Origin: an uncultured Candidatus Melainabacteria bacterium
GTDB lineage: Bacteria; Cyanobacteriota; Vampirovibrionia; Gastranaerophilales; Gastranaerophilaceae
DNA length: 64,000 nt
Direction of reading: 5' to 3'
Assembly (NCBI GenBank): GCA_934700385.1
Contig: CAKUXO010000002.1
Span: 23,323-87,322, forward strand
The notes beneath the pieces are model-generated. The model saw only the letters and a program-made list of their open reading frames with translations, did no database searches and was not told the DNA's origin. Positions within the stretch are counted from its first letter, which is position 1; each line of letters begins with the position of its first letter. Both the position numbers and the translations under genes were made by a program. Below are positions 9,544 to 18,949 of the stretch, piece by piece.

Positions 9544-9566
9544 AAGCCCTCTATTTTAGAGGGCTT
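9544..9566. terminator. Hairpin between convergent genes (candidate bidirectional intrinsic terminator)
   Basis: AAGCCCTCT-ATTTT-AGAGGGCTT (9-bp stem), flanked by an A-run and a T-rich tail. Confidence 0.6.
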
Positions 9567-9588
9567 ATTTATTGAAACTTATTTGGTT

Positions 9589-10338
9589 TTAACCTATTCT
9601 TTGAAACATATAACCAATGCCACGAGCTGTTAAAATTAATTCAGGGTTAGCAGGGTCTGTTTCTAATTTTGAACGAAGTCTTGAAATATGAACGTCAACA
9701 ACACGTGTATCAATTCTATGATCTGGTGGATATGCCCAAACGTGTTGAAGAATTTCATTTCTTGAATATGCAGTTCCTGAATTATTAACTAATAATTCAA
9801 GCAAGCTGAATTCCATGCCTGTAAGACGGATTCTTTCGTTTTTACGATAAACTTGACGTCTTGCAGTATCGATTTTAATGTTTCCTGTTGTAATAACGTT
9901 TTTAGTTGTTTTACCTGTTGGAACAGTAATATCTTTGCTTACAGATCTTCTTAAAACTGCTTTTACACGAGCTTCTAATTCTTTTGGGCTGAAAGGTTTA
10001 ATAACATAATCATCAGCGCCAAGTTCAAGCCCTGTAATTCTTTCAGATACATCACCAAGAGCTGTTAAAATGATGATAGGTACATCTGAAACTCTTCTGA
10101 TTTCTCTTGTAACTCCATAACCGTCCATTTTTGGCATCATAACGTCTAAAATAACGATGTCTGGATTGGTTTTATTAAAAAGTTCAACAGCTTCTTCGCC
10201 ATCTTCAGCAGTAACAACAACATAACCAGCCATTTTAAGACGAGTTTCTAAAATTCTTCTAATACTAGCCTCGTCATCAACGACTAATATTCTTTGTTTG
10301 GAGTCATTCTGGGGTTCACCTTGAATATCTTTGGTCAT
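9589..10338 (-). CDS. OmpR-family response regulator, RpaB/Ycf27-like (orphan: no adjacent kinase)
   Basis: Receiver: RILVVDDEASIRRILETRL...DIVILDVMMPKMDG...IIILTALGD...GADDYVIKPFSPKELEARV. wHTH: LTGMEFSLLELL...VDVHISRLRSKLE...TARGIGYMF. Confidence 0.9.
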   Translation of the reverse strand: MTKDIQGEPQNDSKQRILVVDDEASIRRILETRLKMAGYVVVTAEDGEEAVELFNKTNPDIVILDVMMPKMDGYGVTREIRRVSDVPIIILTALGDVSERITGLELGADDYVIKPFSPKELEARVKAVLRRSVSKDITVPTGKTTKNVITTGNIKIDTARRQVYRKNERIRLTGMEFSLLELLVNNSGTAYSRNEILQHVWAYPPDHRIDTRVVDVHISRLRSKLETDPANPELILTARGIGYMFQRIG

Positions 10339-10443
10339 TTCTTTTCCTTACTTATCGTTTAGTTATACATGATTACAAAATATATACTTTTTTTAATTTA
10401 TATTAACATAAATTAATTTTTTTTGCAAAATGTATATTTTTAT

Positions 10444-10469
10444 AAAAAAATGCCCTGCTTTTTGCAGGG
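10444..10469 (-). terminator. Intrinsic terminator of the 10516-11079 gene
   Basis: Minus strand reads CCCTGC-AAAAA-GCAGGG then CA-TTTTTTT. Confidence 0.6.
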
Positions 10470-10515
10470 ACATTTGGTTGTTTAAAATCGTTAGTAAGGG
10501 TTGTTGTTAGTTAGG

Positions 10516-11079
10516 TTAAGCTAGTTTTATTGTATTTCTTTGTATTTCTTGACTTATTTGATCGCTAACTGCGTCAAGTTCCGCTTGTTCTGATTCAACT
10601 AAGGCTTCTAATTCCGCCTCTTTGTTTTGAAGTTCAACTTCTTTTTCATTAATTATCGGCATAATTTCTTTATCAATGAATTCTGTCATATTTGATTCAT
10701 AGAATTTTTGTCTCATCGTATCGGTATCTAGTTCACCTGTATCAGGGTCAAAATATAGCTGTGCTTGTTGAGCTAGGGCCGAATTATTATAATATTGTTC
10801 TTGAGTAACATCTTGATAGGCTTGGGCATAGGTATCCGTTAAATCTTGCGAAGTTTGCGTACAAACATCGTTAGCATAAGCCATTACATCAAGCGCATTA
10901 CCAAATAAATCTGTTCCAAGTGAAGCAATTTCAGCCGGTGTAACCATACCGTCACCTATCGCTGTGGAAAAGCTGCTTAATCTTCTAAGCTCGTTTTGGA
11001 TTTTTAATTTTTCCGAAGTTTTTTCACTAATACTTTTTTGTAACTTACTCTTAGTAAGTGACATAATAAGCCATGCCAT
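10516..11079 (-). CDS. Hypothetical acidic coiled-coil protein
   Basis: Start moved to ATG at 11079 (AGGAG 8 nt upstream; the track start at 11088 is a GTG inside the RBS). No family recognised. C-terminal heptad-like EVELQNKEAELEALVESEQAELDAVSDQISQEIQ. Has its own terminator. Confidence 0.5.
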   Translation of the reverse strand: MAWLIMSLTKSKLQKSISEKTSEKLKIQNELRRLSSFSTAIGDGMVTPAEIASLGTDLFGNALDVMAYANDVCTQTSQDLTDTYAQAYQDVTQEQYYNNSALAQQAQLYFDPDTGELDTDTMRQKFYESNMTEFIDKEIMPIINEKEVELQNKEAELEALVESEQAELDAVSDQISQEIQRNTIKLA

Positions 11080-11227
11080 AACACACACTCCTAACCTAAT
11101 TCAATTTTTAAACTAACCTTACATTATAATAAAGTTTTTTTCTCTTTTAAAATTGCTTTTTTGTTATTATTTTCTTAACAAAACTTTACATTGTTTAAGT
11201 TTTTTATATTTATAGTTTAATTAAAGT

Positions 11228-13012
11228 ATGATAGATGATAAATTTTTAAATGAATATGAAGATATTTTATCTCAAACAGAGCGCCCATCTCGCTATATAG
11301 GAGATGAATTTGGCTCTTTTAATAAAGATTTTAATAAAGTAGATGGAAAATTTCTTTTCTGTTTTCCTGATAAATATGAAATCGGCATAAGTAATTTTGG
11401 TCATAAAATCCTTTATAATTCAATGAATAAAAAAGAAAATCTTTTATGTGATAGATTATATGCACCAGATAAAGACTTTATCGAGCTTTTAGAAAAAAAT
11501 AATAAATCAATCTATGCCCTTGAATCTAAAAGAAAACCATTAGAATTTGATATGGTTGGTTTTAGTTTGCAATATGAAATGTGCTACACAACAATTTTAA
11601 AACTTTTAGAGCTTTCTAAAATTCCTGTTTTTTCTTCAAAAAGAGATGATTCTCACCCGATTATTGTTGCTGGTGGCCCAGGGACATCTAACCCTAAACC
11701 AATGAGTAAATTTATAGATATTTTTATAATAGGGGACGGTGAAGATGTTAACATTGAGCTTTTAGAAAAATATATTGAATTAAAAGGCAAAATGCCAAGA
11801 AATGAAATAATTAAAGAATTAGCTAAAATTAAAGGCTGTTATGCGCCTTTAGTTGATAATAAAGCAACAAAAAGAATTGCTCAATTGACTTATGAAAATC
11901 ATCCTATAATGTCACCTATTTCGCATTTTGCTTCAATTCATGATAGAGCAGTAATTGAATTAAGACGTGGGTGCGGAAGATTATGCCGCTTTTGTCAGGC
12001 ATCTCATATTAATCTTCCAATTAGAGAAAGAAAAAAAGAAGATATTGTTAAATTAACAAAAGAATATGTTAAAAATACTGGTTATGATGAATATTCTTTA
12101 TTATCTTTATCTTCAAATGACCATAGTCAAATGGAAGAAATTTTAAAAGACTTGAATTGCCATTTTAAAGGTAGCGGAATTAATGTTTCCTTGCCTTCTC
12201 AAAGAGCAGATAAGTTTTCATTAGAACTTGCTAACCTTGCTAGTGGTGAAAAGCGTGCAAGCGTTACAATTGCGCCAGAGGCTGGAAGCCAAAGAATGAG
12301 AGATGTAATTAATAAAAATCTTTCTGAAGAACAAATTGTCAATGCAACTATTTCTTGTATTAAAAATGGCTGGACAAAAATTAAATATTATTTTGTTATA
12401 GGTTTACCTTTTGAAACTTATGAAGATTTAGAAGGAATTGTTAAATTAATTGAAAAAGTTAATGAAAATTGCAGATTAAATGGGTTGAAATATCCTCAAA
12501 TAACCTGTTCTATTTCTGTTTTTGTACCGAAACCACACACACCATTTCAATGGGCAAGACAAAACACAATTCAAGAAATTGAAGATAAAATTAAGTTTTT
12601 AAGAGATTTAAAACAAAGCCTAAAAAATGTTAAATTTAATTTCCATAACCCTAAAATGTCACAATTGGAAGCATTTTTCAGTCGTGGAGATGAAAAATTA
12701 TCTGATTTTATTTATGAACTTTATAAACAAGGCTCTTATCTTGATTCTTGGGATGAAAACTTAAATCTTGATTTATATCATCAAGTTGCTGAAAAATTAA
12801 ACATTGACCTTGAAAAAGAAGCCTCAAAAGAAATTGGTGAAAATGACACTTTGCCTTGGGAAAATATTTTTTATGGGGTAAATAAATCTTGGCTTTGGAA
12901 TGAATATCAAAAAGCTAAAAACGCAGTTGCAACAATACCTTGCGAGGTAAAATGTAATAATTGCGGAGTTTGTTCTAATTTTAAAACTAAAAAAGTAATT
13001 ATTAATCCTTAA
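11228..13012 (+). CDS. Radical SAM protein with an N-terminal B12-binding-like domain (resembles the TIGR03960-type family common in cyanobacteria)
   Basis: CX3CX2C cluster RGCGRLCRFCQAS (nt 11972-11995). Also GPGTSNP and ...APEAGSQRMRDVINK. Substrate unknown. Confidence 0.8.
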   Translation: MIDDKFLNEYEDILSQTERPSRYIGDEFGSFNKDFNKVDGKFLFCFPDKYEIGISNFGHKILYNSMNKKENLLCDRLYAPDKDFIELLEKNNKSIYALESKRKPLEFDMVGFSLQYEMCYTTILKLLELSKIPVFSSKRDDSHPIIVAGGPGTSNPKPMSKFIDIFIIGDGEDVNIELLEKYIELKGKMPRNEIIKELAKIKGCYAPLVDNKATKRIAQLTYENHPIMSPISHFASIHDRAVIELRRGCGRLCRFCQASHINLPIRERKKEDIVKLTKEYVKNTGYDEYSLLSLSSNDHSQMEEILKDLNCHFKGSGINVSLPSQRADKFSLELANLASGEKRASVTIAPEAGSQRMRDVINKNLSEEQIVNATISCIKNGWTKIKYYFVIGLPFETYEDLEGIVKLIEKVNENCRLNGLKYPQITCSISVFVPKPHTPFQWARQNTIQEIEDKIKFLRDLKQSLKNVKFNFHNPKMSQLEAFFSRGDEKLSDFIYELYKQGSYLDSWDENLNLDLYHQVAEKLNIDLEKEASKEIGENDTLPWENIFYGVNKSWLWNEYQKAKNAVATIPCEVKCNNCGVCSNFKTKKVIINP

Positions 13013-13368
13013 GATAATTTTTCTTTTACAACAGAAACAAATTTCACAATGTCAATTGGTTTTGTAATATAGTCTAAAATGCCATATTGCTTTGCTTTTT
13101 GCTTATCTGAATCCATAGCGCAAGCACTAACTACAATTATTTTAGGCAAAGTTACATTTTCTTTTTTTAATTTATCGATAATTTCAAAGCCATTCATTTT
13201 TGGAAGTTGAATATCTAAAATAATTAAATCAAAATCATTTTCTTTGATTAAATTATATGCTTCAAGCCCATCATAAGCCTTAGTAACGTCATATTTTTGA
13301 TATTGCAAAATATCAAAAAAAAGTTTCATATTAAGTTCATTATCTTCAACAACTAAAATTTTTTTCAT
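13009..13368 (-). CDS. Single-domain CheY-like response regulator (receiver only)
   Basis: KILVVEDNELNMKL...DLIILDIQLPKMNGFE...VVSACAM...DYITKPIDI. 4-nt overlap with the upstream kinase gene. Confidence 0.85.
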   Translation of the reverse strand: MKKILVVEDNELNMKLFFDILQYQKYDVTKAYDGLEAYNLIKENDFDLIILDIQLPKMNGFEIIDKLKKENVTLPKIIVVSACAMDSDKQKAKQYGILDYITKPIDIVKFVSVVKEKLS

Positions 13369-14585
13369 ACTATTAAATTTTTAAACTCCATAATAAAACT
13401 TGTTCCTTTGTTTAATTCGCTTTCAAGGGTGATTTTACCTTTATGAAGTTTAACAAGTTCTTTTGTAATTGTTAAACCAAGCCCTGTTGAATTTTGTGAA
13501 CCGGAACAAATGTTATTTAAATGAACAAACTTTTTAAAAATTTTGTTGTGATATTTTTTTTCTATTCCAATACCGTTATCTTTAATTTTTAAAAGATAAT
13601 TTTTGCCGTTTGAATTTGAAATGATTTCAATTTTGCCATTTTCAGGAGTGAATTTAATAGCATTAGATAAAAGATTATAAAGAATTTGTTGAAATTTTTG
13701 ATAATCTGCCATAATTTCGCCATTAAAATCTGATTGAAAAGTTAAATTAATTTTTTTGGCTTTATAAAGTGGCTCTAAAATATTTATTACTTCATTAATT
13801 AAAGTGCTGGCTTGAAGCCTGTTTGGAGTATATTTCATTGCGTTTGCTTCAAGTTTAGATATATCTAAAATTTCATTAATCATTCCAAGAAGATGTAGGC
13901 TTGAAATTTGAATATCTTTAATGTATTCAGCTTGTTTTTCGTTTAATTCTCCAAAAATTCTTGCGTCAAGCGCTTGAGAAAAGCCTATTATAGCATTTAA
14001 GGGCGTTCTTAATTCATGGGAAATATTAGCCAAAAAAAGACTTTTAACTTTTTCTGTTTCTTTTAATTTTTTATGTTGTTTTTTAATAACACCATAAGCC
14101 TCATCTTTTTCTAAAACCGCTTCTTGTAAGGCTTTTAGCTGCATTTTAAAAACTTCATTAAGTTCAAAATCTTTAATTTTATAGCTAATTGTATCTGAAA
14201 TTGTTTCAAAAGATGTTTTAATATCGTTTTTTAAATCTTTTGAAATTTTATCTTTTATTTCTAGTGTGCAAAAACCAAAAATCGAATTTTTAATCGCAAG
14301 TTTTACACAAAAAACATTTTCTGAAATTTCTTTAATATTTTCATCTGAATTAATAAAATCTTCAATTAAATCAAGGTTTAAAGATGTTTTATCTTTATTT
14401 GATTTGACTTTAAGAGAATATGAATTTTCTTCAATAAAATAAATTGAAATTAATGATTTAAAATAGTTGTTATAAAAATTTGAAATTAAAGAAATTATAT
14501 CTTCATAAAAATTTATGTTTCTAATTTCAGAATAATTTAGAAGTTCATCAATTAATTTCAAACATTTATTTTGAAAAGTATCCAT
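13365..14585 (-). CDS. Cytoplasmic sensor histidine kinase (GAF-like N-terminus, HisKA, HATPase_c)
   Basis: H-box FLANISHELRTPLNAIIGFSQ, N-box LLSNAIKFTP, G-boxes IKDNGIGI and GLGLTITKELV. No TM segments. Confidence 0.85.
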   Translation of the reverse strand: MDTFQNKCLKLIDELLNYSEIRNINFYEDIISLISNFYNNYFKSLISIYFIEENSYSLKVKSNKDKTSLNLDLIEDFINSDENIKEISENVFCVKLAIKNSIFGFCTLEIKDKISKDLKNDIKTSFETISDTISYKIKDFELNEVFKMQLKALQEAVLEKDEAYGVIKKQHKKLKETEKVKSLFLANISHELRTPLNAIIGFSQALDARIFGELNEKQAEYIKDIQISSLHLLGMINEILDISKLEANAMKYTPNRLQASTLINEVINILEPLYKAKKINLTFQSDFNGEIMADYQKFQQILYNLLSNAIKFTPENGKIEIISNSNGKNYLLKIKDNGIGIEKKYHNKIFKKFVHLNNICSGSQNSTGLGLTITKELVKLHKGKITLESELNKGTSFIMEFKNLIV

Positions 14586-14597
14586 ATAAAAATTATA
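14583..14597 (-). promoter_or_regulatory. TATAAT, 6 nt, then the ATG of the kinase gene (candidate leaderless promoter)
   Basis: Minus strand: TATAAT (14597-14592) ttttat ATG (14585-14583). No Shine-Dalgarno. Confidence 0.35.
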
Positions 14598-14636
14598 AAA
14601 TATTTAATGTTAAAAAAGCAAAAAAGTTAACACTTT

Positions 14637-15128
14637 TTACAATTTAAAAATATAGCCGCCTTTTGTTGCATTTTCCAAAACATCTTGAGAAATTTTTGTT
14701 CTTAAATTTTTAATATATTTATAAACATAATCAGATGGTAGGTTTAAAATTGCCGCTAAATCTTTAGCATAAACAATTTCACCTTTATTTTCAATAAAAT
14801 GGTTAAGAACCAAGTCTTCTCTTTGGGTTAATGGTTTTTTGCAATTTAATTTTGATTTAATTTCTTCAACATAAGTTGGTTTTTCTTTTATAATTTCTTT
14901 TTGAATTTCTTGAGATTTTTTAGCCACTTTTAAAACATCTAAAGAAGGATTTTTTTCACGACTTGAATAAAGTCTTTTTTCATTTTCCATAACAATATCG
15001 ATAATATCGCTGGTTTTTTTGTCTTCTTCTAAAACTTTACCTAACTTTTTAGCGTAATCTTCAAGAGTGATTTTTTCTAATGAACTTCTCCATTGTCTTA
15101 TTTCTTCTTTAGTTAGATATTGGCTCAT
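14637..15128 (-). CDS. Stand-alone OmpR-type winged-helix (Trans_reg_C-like) DNA-binding protein with an unrelated ~95-aa N-terminus
   Basis: C-terminus LTQREDLVLNHFIENKGEIVYAKDLAAILNLPSDYVYKYIKNLRTKISQDVLENATKGGYIFKL follows the OmpR/PhoB effector-domain pattern. There is no receiver domain. RBS GGGGGA. Confidence 0.6.
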   Translation of the reverse strand: MSQYLTKEEIRQWRSSLEKITLEDYAKKLGKVLEEDKKTSDIIDIVMENEKRLYSSREKNPSLDVLKVAKKSQEIQKEIIKEKPTYVEEIKSKLNCKKPLTQREDLVLNHFIENKGEIVYAKDLAAILNLPSDYVYKYIKNLRTKISQDVLENATKGGYIFKL

Positions 15129-15159
15129 TTATTCCCCCATAAATAAATATCAATCTCGT

Positions 15160-15177
15160 TTGTTATAATTGTTATAA
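15160..15177 (-). promoter_or_regulatory. Tandem 9-bp direct repeat TTGTTATAA x2 upstream of the winged-helix gene (candidate operator)
   Basis: Exact repeat at 15160-15168 and 15169-15177, 32-49 nt from the start codon at 15128. The second copy contains the palindrome GTTATAAC. Confidence 0.35.
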
Positions 15178-15271
15178 CACAATCTTTCGCTTAAATCAGC
15201 AATTATTGCATAACGTAAATTTTTTTTAAAATAGTTAATATTAGCTGATTTTTGCTTGACAAAACAAAAAG

Positions 15272-17617
15272 TTAATCGTCAATTTTTTTAAAGATTGTTG
15301 TTGTGTTGCCGTTTAAAACGATTTTTTCTTGGTCAATGCCGTTGCTTTCAATTATTTCTTTATTAACTAAGCCTTCGCCGCCAAATTTTTCATCGTCTGT
15401 GTTTAAAACTTCAACCCATTTTCCTTTTGGAAAAGTTATTTTATAATCAACATCATATTTCATATCTGGAAAGTTTGTGATTGTAAAAACTTCGCTGTTT
15501 GTTTTTTCATCTTTAAAATTAACCCCTAAAACTTTTGAAAATGGATGTTTTACGGTGTTTCCTAAAACCATATAACCATTTGTTAAAGCTGGAATTTCTT
15601 TATGAAGATTATTTAGCTCTTGGATTAAATTTTTATGTTGAGTCATTAATTCTTTTGTTTCAGGTGAATATTCAATTTGACCTAATTTTGATTTATTAAG
15701 AGCTTCAAAACCTGTGTCATACCCTTTTTCAATTTGAAGATTTTGCTCATCACCTAAAAAGTCAATTTTTCTATAAAATCTAAATGGCGTTAAATCTGTT
15801 TGTTCATCTCCTTGTAAAACCATTTGTTGCGCAGGAATTGAATACAACAATCCATAAGCCATTTTGTGCATATTAAACGCTTTTTGATAGGCTTTTTTGG
15901 CTTTTGTTAAATCAACTTCGCCATATTCTTTTTCATAATTTTTAATGTCTTCTTTTTTTGAACCAGTTGCAATTATTGTTGCAAGGCTTTCTGCTGCAAA
16001 TTGTGCTTTTTGAGATTTAACAACTTCTTTTGCGTCATTATAGCTACAATGTTTTAATTTTGTATAGTTTTCAATTCTAGCGTCATCTTTAGAATTAAAT
16101 TTTAAATCTTTTTTTAAATCTAAAATTGCAGCCATCCATTTTGTAATTAAACGATTTCCGTCAAAATTACCTGTTTCATCATGGCTTGTTAAATAAATAG
16201 TTTTACCTTGTGAACAAGCGATTGAATGTTCTAATAAATCTAAATCAATTAAATCATCAGCAATTGAAGTATATAAAACATTAGATAATGAATGATAGAA
16301 ATTAAAATCCCATTCACTGTCATAACCTAATCTTGCGATAGGTACTTTCATTTCGCCTATTTCATCAATTTTTTTATCATGGATTTTTTCACTTTCACCC
16401 ATGCCATAATCTTGAGGTAAAAGTGGGTGAGAAACTCTTTTATCATGAAGCTCTGGTGCATTCCAAAAGTCGCTTCCATTCGTTGCAACGCCGTTTCTGC
16501 CGTCTTCTGCTATTAAAAATACATCCGGATGATGATAATTAACTTCGGCTGCAATTTGTTGCATTGTAATATCAGAATCCATAAACTTTGTCATATCAAG
16601 CCTTAAACCATCAGCATGATAATTATTAACCCAATTAAGAGCTGCGTTTGCAATAAAATCTCTTACATATCTTGAATTTTCACCTTCAAAATTAAACGCT
16701 TCTCCAAAAGGATTGCCACCAGCAGAATATGGACCTGTTCTATTTAACATAGAGCCGTCAATTCCTATGTGGTTTGGAACAAAATCAACTATAACGTTAA
16801 CTGATTTTGAATGTAGATAATCAATTAAATCTTTTAATTCGTCGGGTGTGCCACGATGAAAAGATGGTGCAAATTTATCTGGTGAATCATATCCCCAATT
16901 AGGATTTTTTGTGTTTTCTAAAGGCATTATTTCAACACAGTTAAACCCAAGGTCAGCTATATTAGAAAGTGCTTCTTTAGCAGCAGTGTACGTACCTTCT
17001 TTGGTTAGAGTATCAATATTAACTTCTGCTATTTTTGCTGAGTTTAATTTTGAAAGATTATTTTTAGCGTCTGCAATTCTTGAAATTCTATTTTTATCGT
17101 TTTTAAACCAGTTTTCATCTTGCCAATTATATAATGAATGGTCAAAAAGGGTTGATTTTCCCATATAATCTTCTTGTAAAAAGGTATAAGGGTCTTTAAC
17201 TGTGTCTTTTGAACCATCTTTTCTTGTAATTGTATAAGAATATTTATCTAAATTTGAAATAACATCAGGGCTAAGCGGTTTTTCTGTTTCAAAAATTCCC
17301 GTTTTAGTTTTCTTTAAAGGAACAACTGTTACCTCTTTTGTTTTAGAATTTTCAATGTTAACATCAACTGCTTTGGTGTCATCAAATGTAAAAAGTTTAA
17401 AAGTAACCTCTTTTGTTTTAGGGTCAATAACTCCGCCCCAGCTTTTATGCTCTTTTAGGCTTCTTTTAAAAACAATATCCGTATAATAAATGTTACTTAA
17501 ATTTGAAATTTTATTTTGATTAATTGAATTAGTTGCTTGATTATTATTTTTATTATTTTTATTTGTAGATATGACAAGACGATTGTTAACCGGTGAGTTG
17601 CTAAGATTTACTTTCAT
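15272..17617 (-). CDS. GH13 alpha-amylase-family alpha-glucan enzyme with a CBM48/E-set-like module and an Asn-rich N-terminal leader
   Basis: GH13 conserved regions: VIVDFVPNHIG (I), GLRLDMTKF (II), FLIAEDG (III), IYLTSHDE (IV). The first ~53 aa are MKVNLSNSPVNNRLVISTNKNNKNNNQ...DIVFKRS. Confidence 0.85.
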   Translation of the reverse strand: MKVNLSNSPVNNRLVISTNKNNKNNNQATNSINQNKISNLSNIYYTDIVFKRSLKEHKSWGGVIDPKTKEVTFKLFTFDDTKAVDVNIENSKTKEVTVVPLKKTKTGIFETEKPLSPDVISNLDKYSYTITRKDGSKDTVKDPYTFLQEDYMGKSTLFDHSLYNWQDENWFKNDKNRISRIADAKNNLSKLNSAKIAEVNIDTLTKEGTYTAAKEALSNIADLGFNCVEIMPLENTKNPNWGYDSPDKFAPSFHRGTPDELKDLIDYLHSKSVNVIVDFVPNHIGIDGSMLNRTGPYSAGGNPFGEAFNFEGENSRYVRDFIANAALNWVNNYHADGLRLDMTKFMDSDITMQQIAAEVNYHHPDVFLIAEDGRNGVATNGSDFWNAPELHDKRVSHPLLPQDYGMGESEKIHDKKIDEIGEMKVPIARLGYDSEWDFNFYHSLSNVLYTSIADDLIDLDLLEHSIACSQGKTIYLTSHDETGNFDGNRLITKWMAAILDLKKDLKFNSKDDARIENYTKLKHCSYNDAKEVVKSQKAQFAAESLATIIATGSKKEDIKNYEKEYGEVDLTKAKKAYQKAFNMHKMAYGLLYSIPAQQMVLQGDEQTDLTPFRFYRKIDFLGDEQNLQIEKGYDTGFEALNKSKLGQIEYSPETKELMTQHKNLIQELNNLHKEIPALTNGYMVLGNTVKHPFSKVLGVNFKDEKTNSEVFTITNFPDMKYDVDYKITFPKGKWVEVLNTDDEKFGGEGLVNKEIIESNGIDQEKIVLNGNTTTIFKKIDD

Positions 17618-17704
17618 TTATACTTCCCAAGACAGTTTATTTACCTAACACATGCTGATTTTATTATAAAAATAAATTAAATAAAAGTAAGTGTTAAAAT
17701 ATTT

Positions 17705-18949
17705 TTACTGATTTGAAATTAAAATTTTAATTTGAGCAAAGATATATTGCGCAACTTCATATTTTTGGCAAGTTACATCAAGCATATTTTTATCTTTTAA
17801 ATATATTCTAACGAAGCTATTTAGTCCGCTTTTTCTAAGTTCAACATCTTTTATGTTTTCAAAAGCAATTGTTAAAAAAGAAAACTTATTAATGTGTTCT
17901 AAGTTAGCACAATAAACCAGTCTGTTTCTTGTTATATCAATAATAAATTTTGTGTTTTTTGAAATGTTGATTAATTTATCTGAACTATAATCAAAATTAT
18001 AGGCAACTTGTTTTAAATTTATGTTTGTAATGAATTCTCTAAAACTTTCAATTGTTTTAGGGTCACATAAATAAGAAATTGTTTTATCTTCATTTTTAAG
18101 TTCAAAAGTAATTTTATTATCTTTATAAATAACTTCTTCAACTTTTTCTAAAATAATAGATTGAATTGAAGATATGTCATTTGTTAAATAAACGATGTTA
18201 TTAAAGCTATCAAAATAAATTGATGAAGAAATTTTAGAAGTTTTTAGCTTGATTAATCTTAAAATATTTGAAAAAAGTTCATCTAAAAATTCTTTTTCAA
18301 ATATAAAAATTTGTTGCAAAATTCCCATTATAGGGGCGCAAAAATAGCTATATTTAACATCAAGCGTAAAGTGTTCTTTTAATAGATTAATTTTATAAAC
18401 AACGGGTTTTTCACAATTTTTATAATATGCAAAGTTCGCATTTTTTTCATTATATGCCCATAAATAATTGCAATTCCAATCGCTTGCAGTTATTAAATTA
18501 AAATTTTCTTGCGGATATTTTAAATCAAGCTTGTTTAAAAGAGCATTTTTCATTACATAATAAATAAAATCTTTCGCTTCTTTTGAAACATTATCAATGT
18601 AAATTGTTTCAAGTTGTGCGTTTTTAATGTAATTTAATTTTAAATTAAGAAGATTTTTATCTATTGAAACAACAAAAGAAAGAGCAATTTCTTCATAAGT
18701 ATAATTTTTTAATATGTCATGACCAAAACCTTTTATAATAGCAAGTTTTGTGTTTTGTTTATTAACAGCTAAGATTAATTTTTTGTTCACATAAAGCAGT
18801 TTATAAGTATGAAAAAGTTTTTTATCTAAAATTTCTTCCATACCTAAAATAGAATTTTGTTTGTGCTTAATTGCAACATAATTTAAAAATATCATCAAGC
18901 CAACAAAAAGAACTATTAAAATTATAAGAAGTATTATAATTGCTATCAT
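17705..18949 (-). CDS. Hypothetical membrane-anchored protein (one N-terminal TM helix)
   Basis: MIAIIILLIILIVLFVGLMIFL then ~390 aa with no recognised family. May contain 3-4 repeats of a ~90-aa beta-rich unit (weak, judged by eye). 4-nt overlap with the upstream GT4 gene. Confidence 0.5.
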   Translation of the reverse strand: MIAIIILLIILIVLFVGLMIFLNYVAIKHKQNSILGMEEILDKKLFHTYKLLYVNKKLILAVNKQNTKLAIIKGFGHDILKNYTYEEIALSFVVSIDKNLLNLKLNYIKNAQLETIYIDNVSKEAKDFIYYVMKNALLNKLDLKYPQENFNLITASDWNCNYLWAYNEKNANFAYYKNCEKPVVYKINLLKEHFTLDVKYSYFCAPIMGILQQIFIFEKEFLDELFSNILRLIKLKTSKISSSIYFDSFNNIVYLTNDISSIQSIILEKVEEVIYKDNKITFELKNEDKTISYLCDPKTIESFREFITNINLKQVAYNFDYSSDKLINISKNTKFIIDITRNRLVYCANLEHINKFSFLTIAFENIKDVELRKSGLNSFVRIYLKDKNMLDVTCQKYEVAQYIFAQIKILISNQ

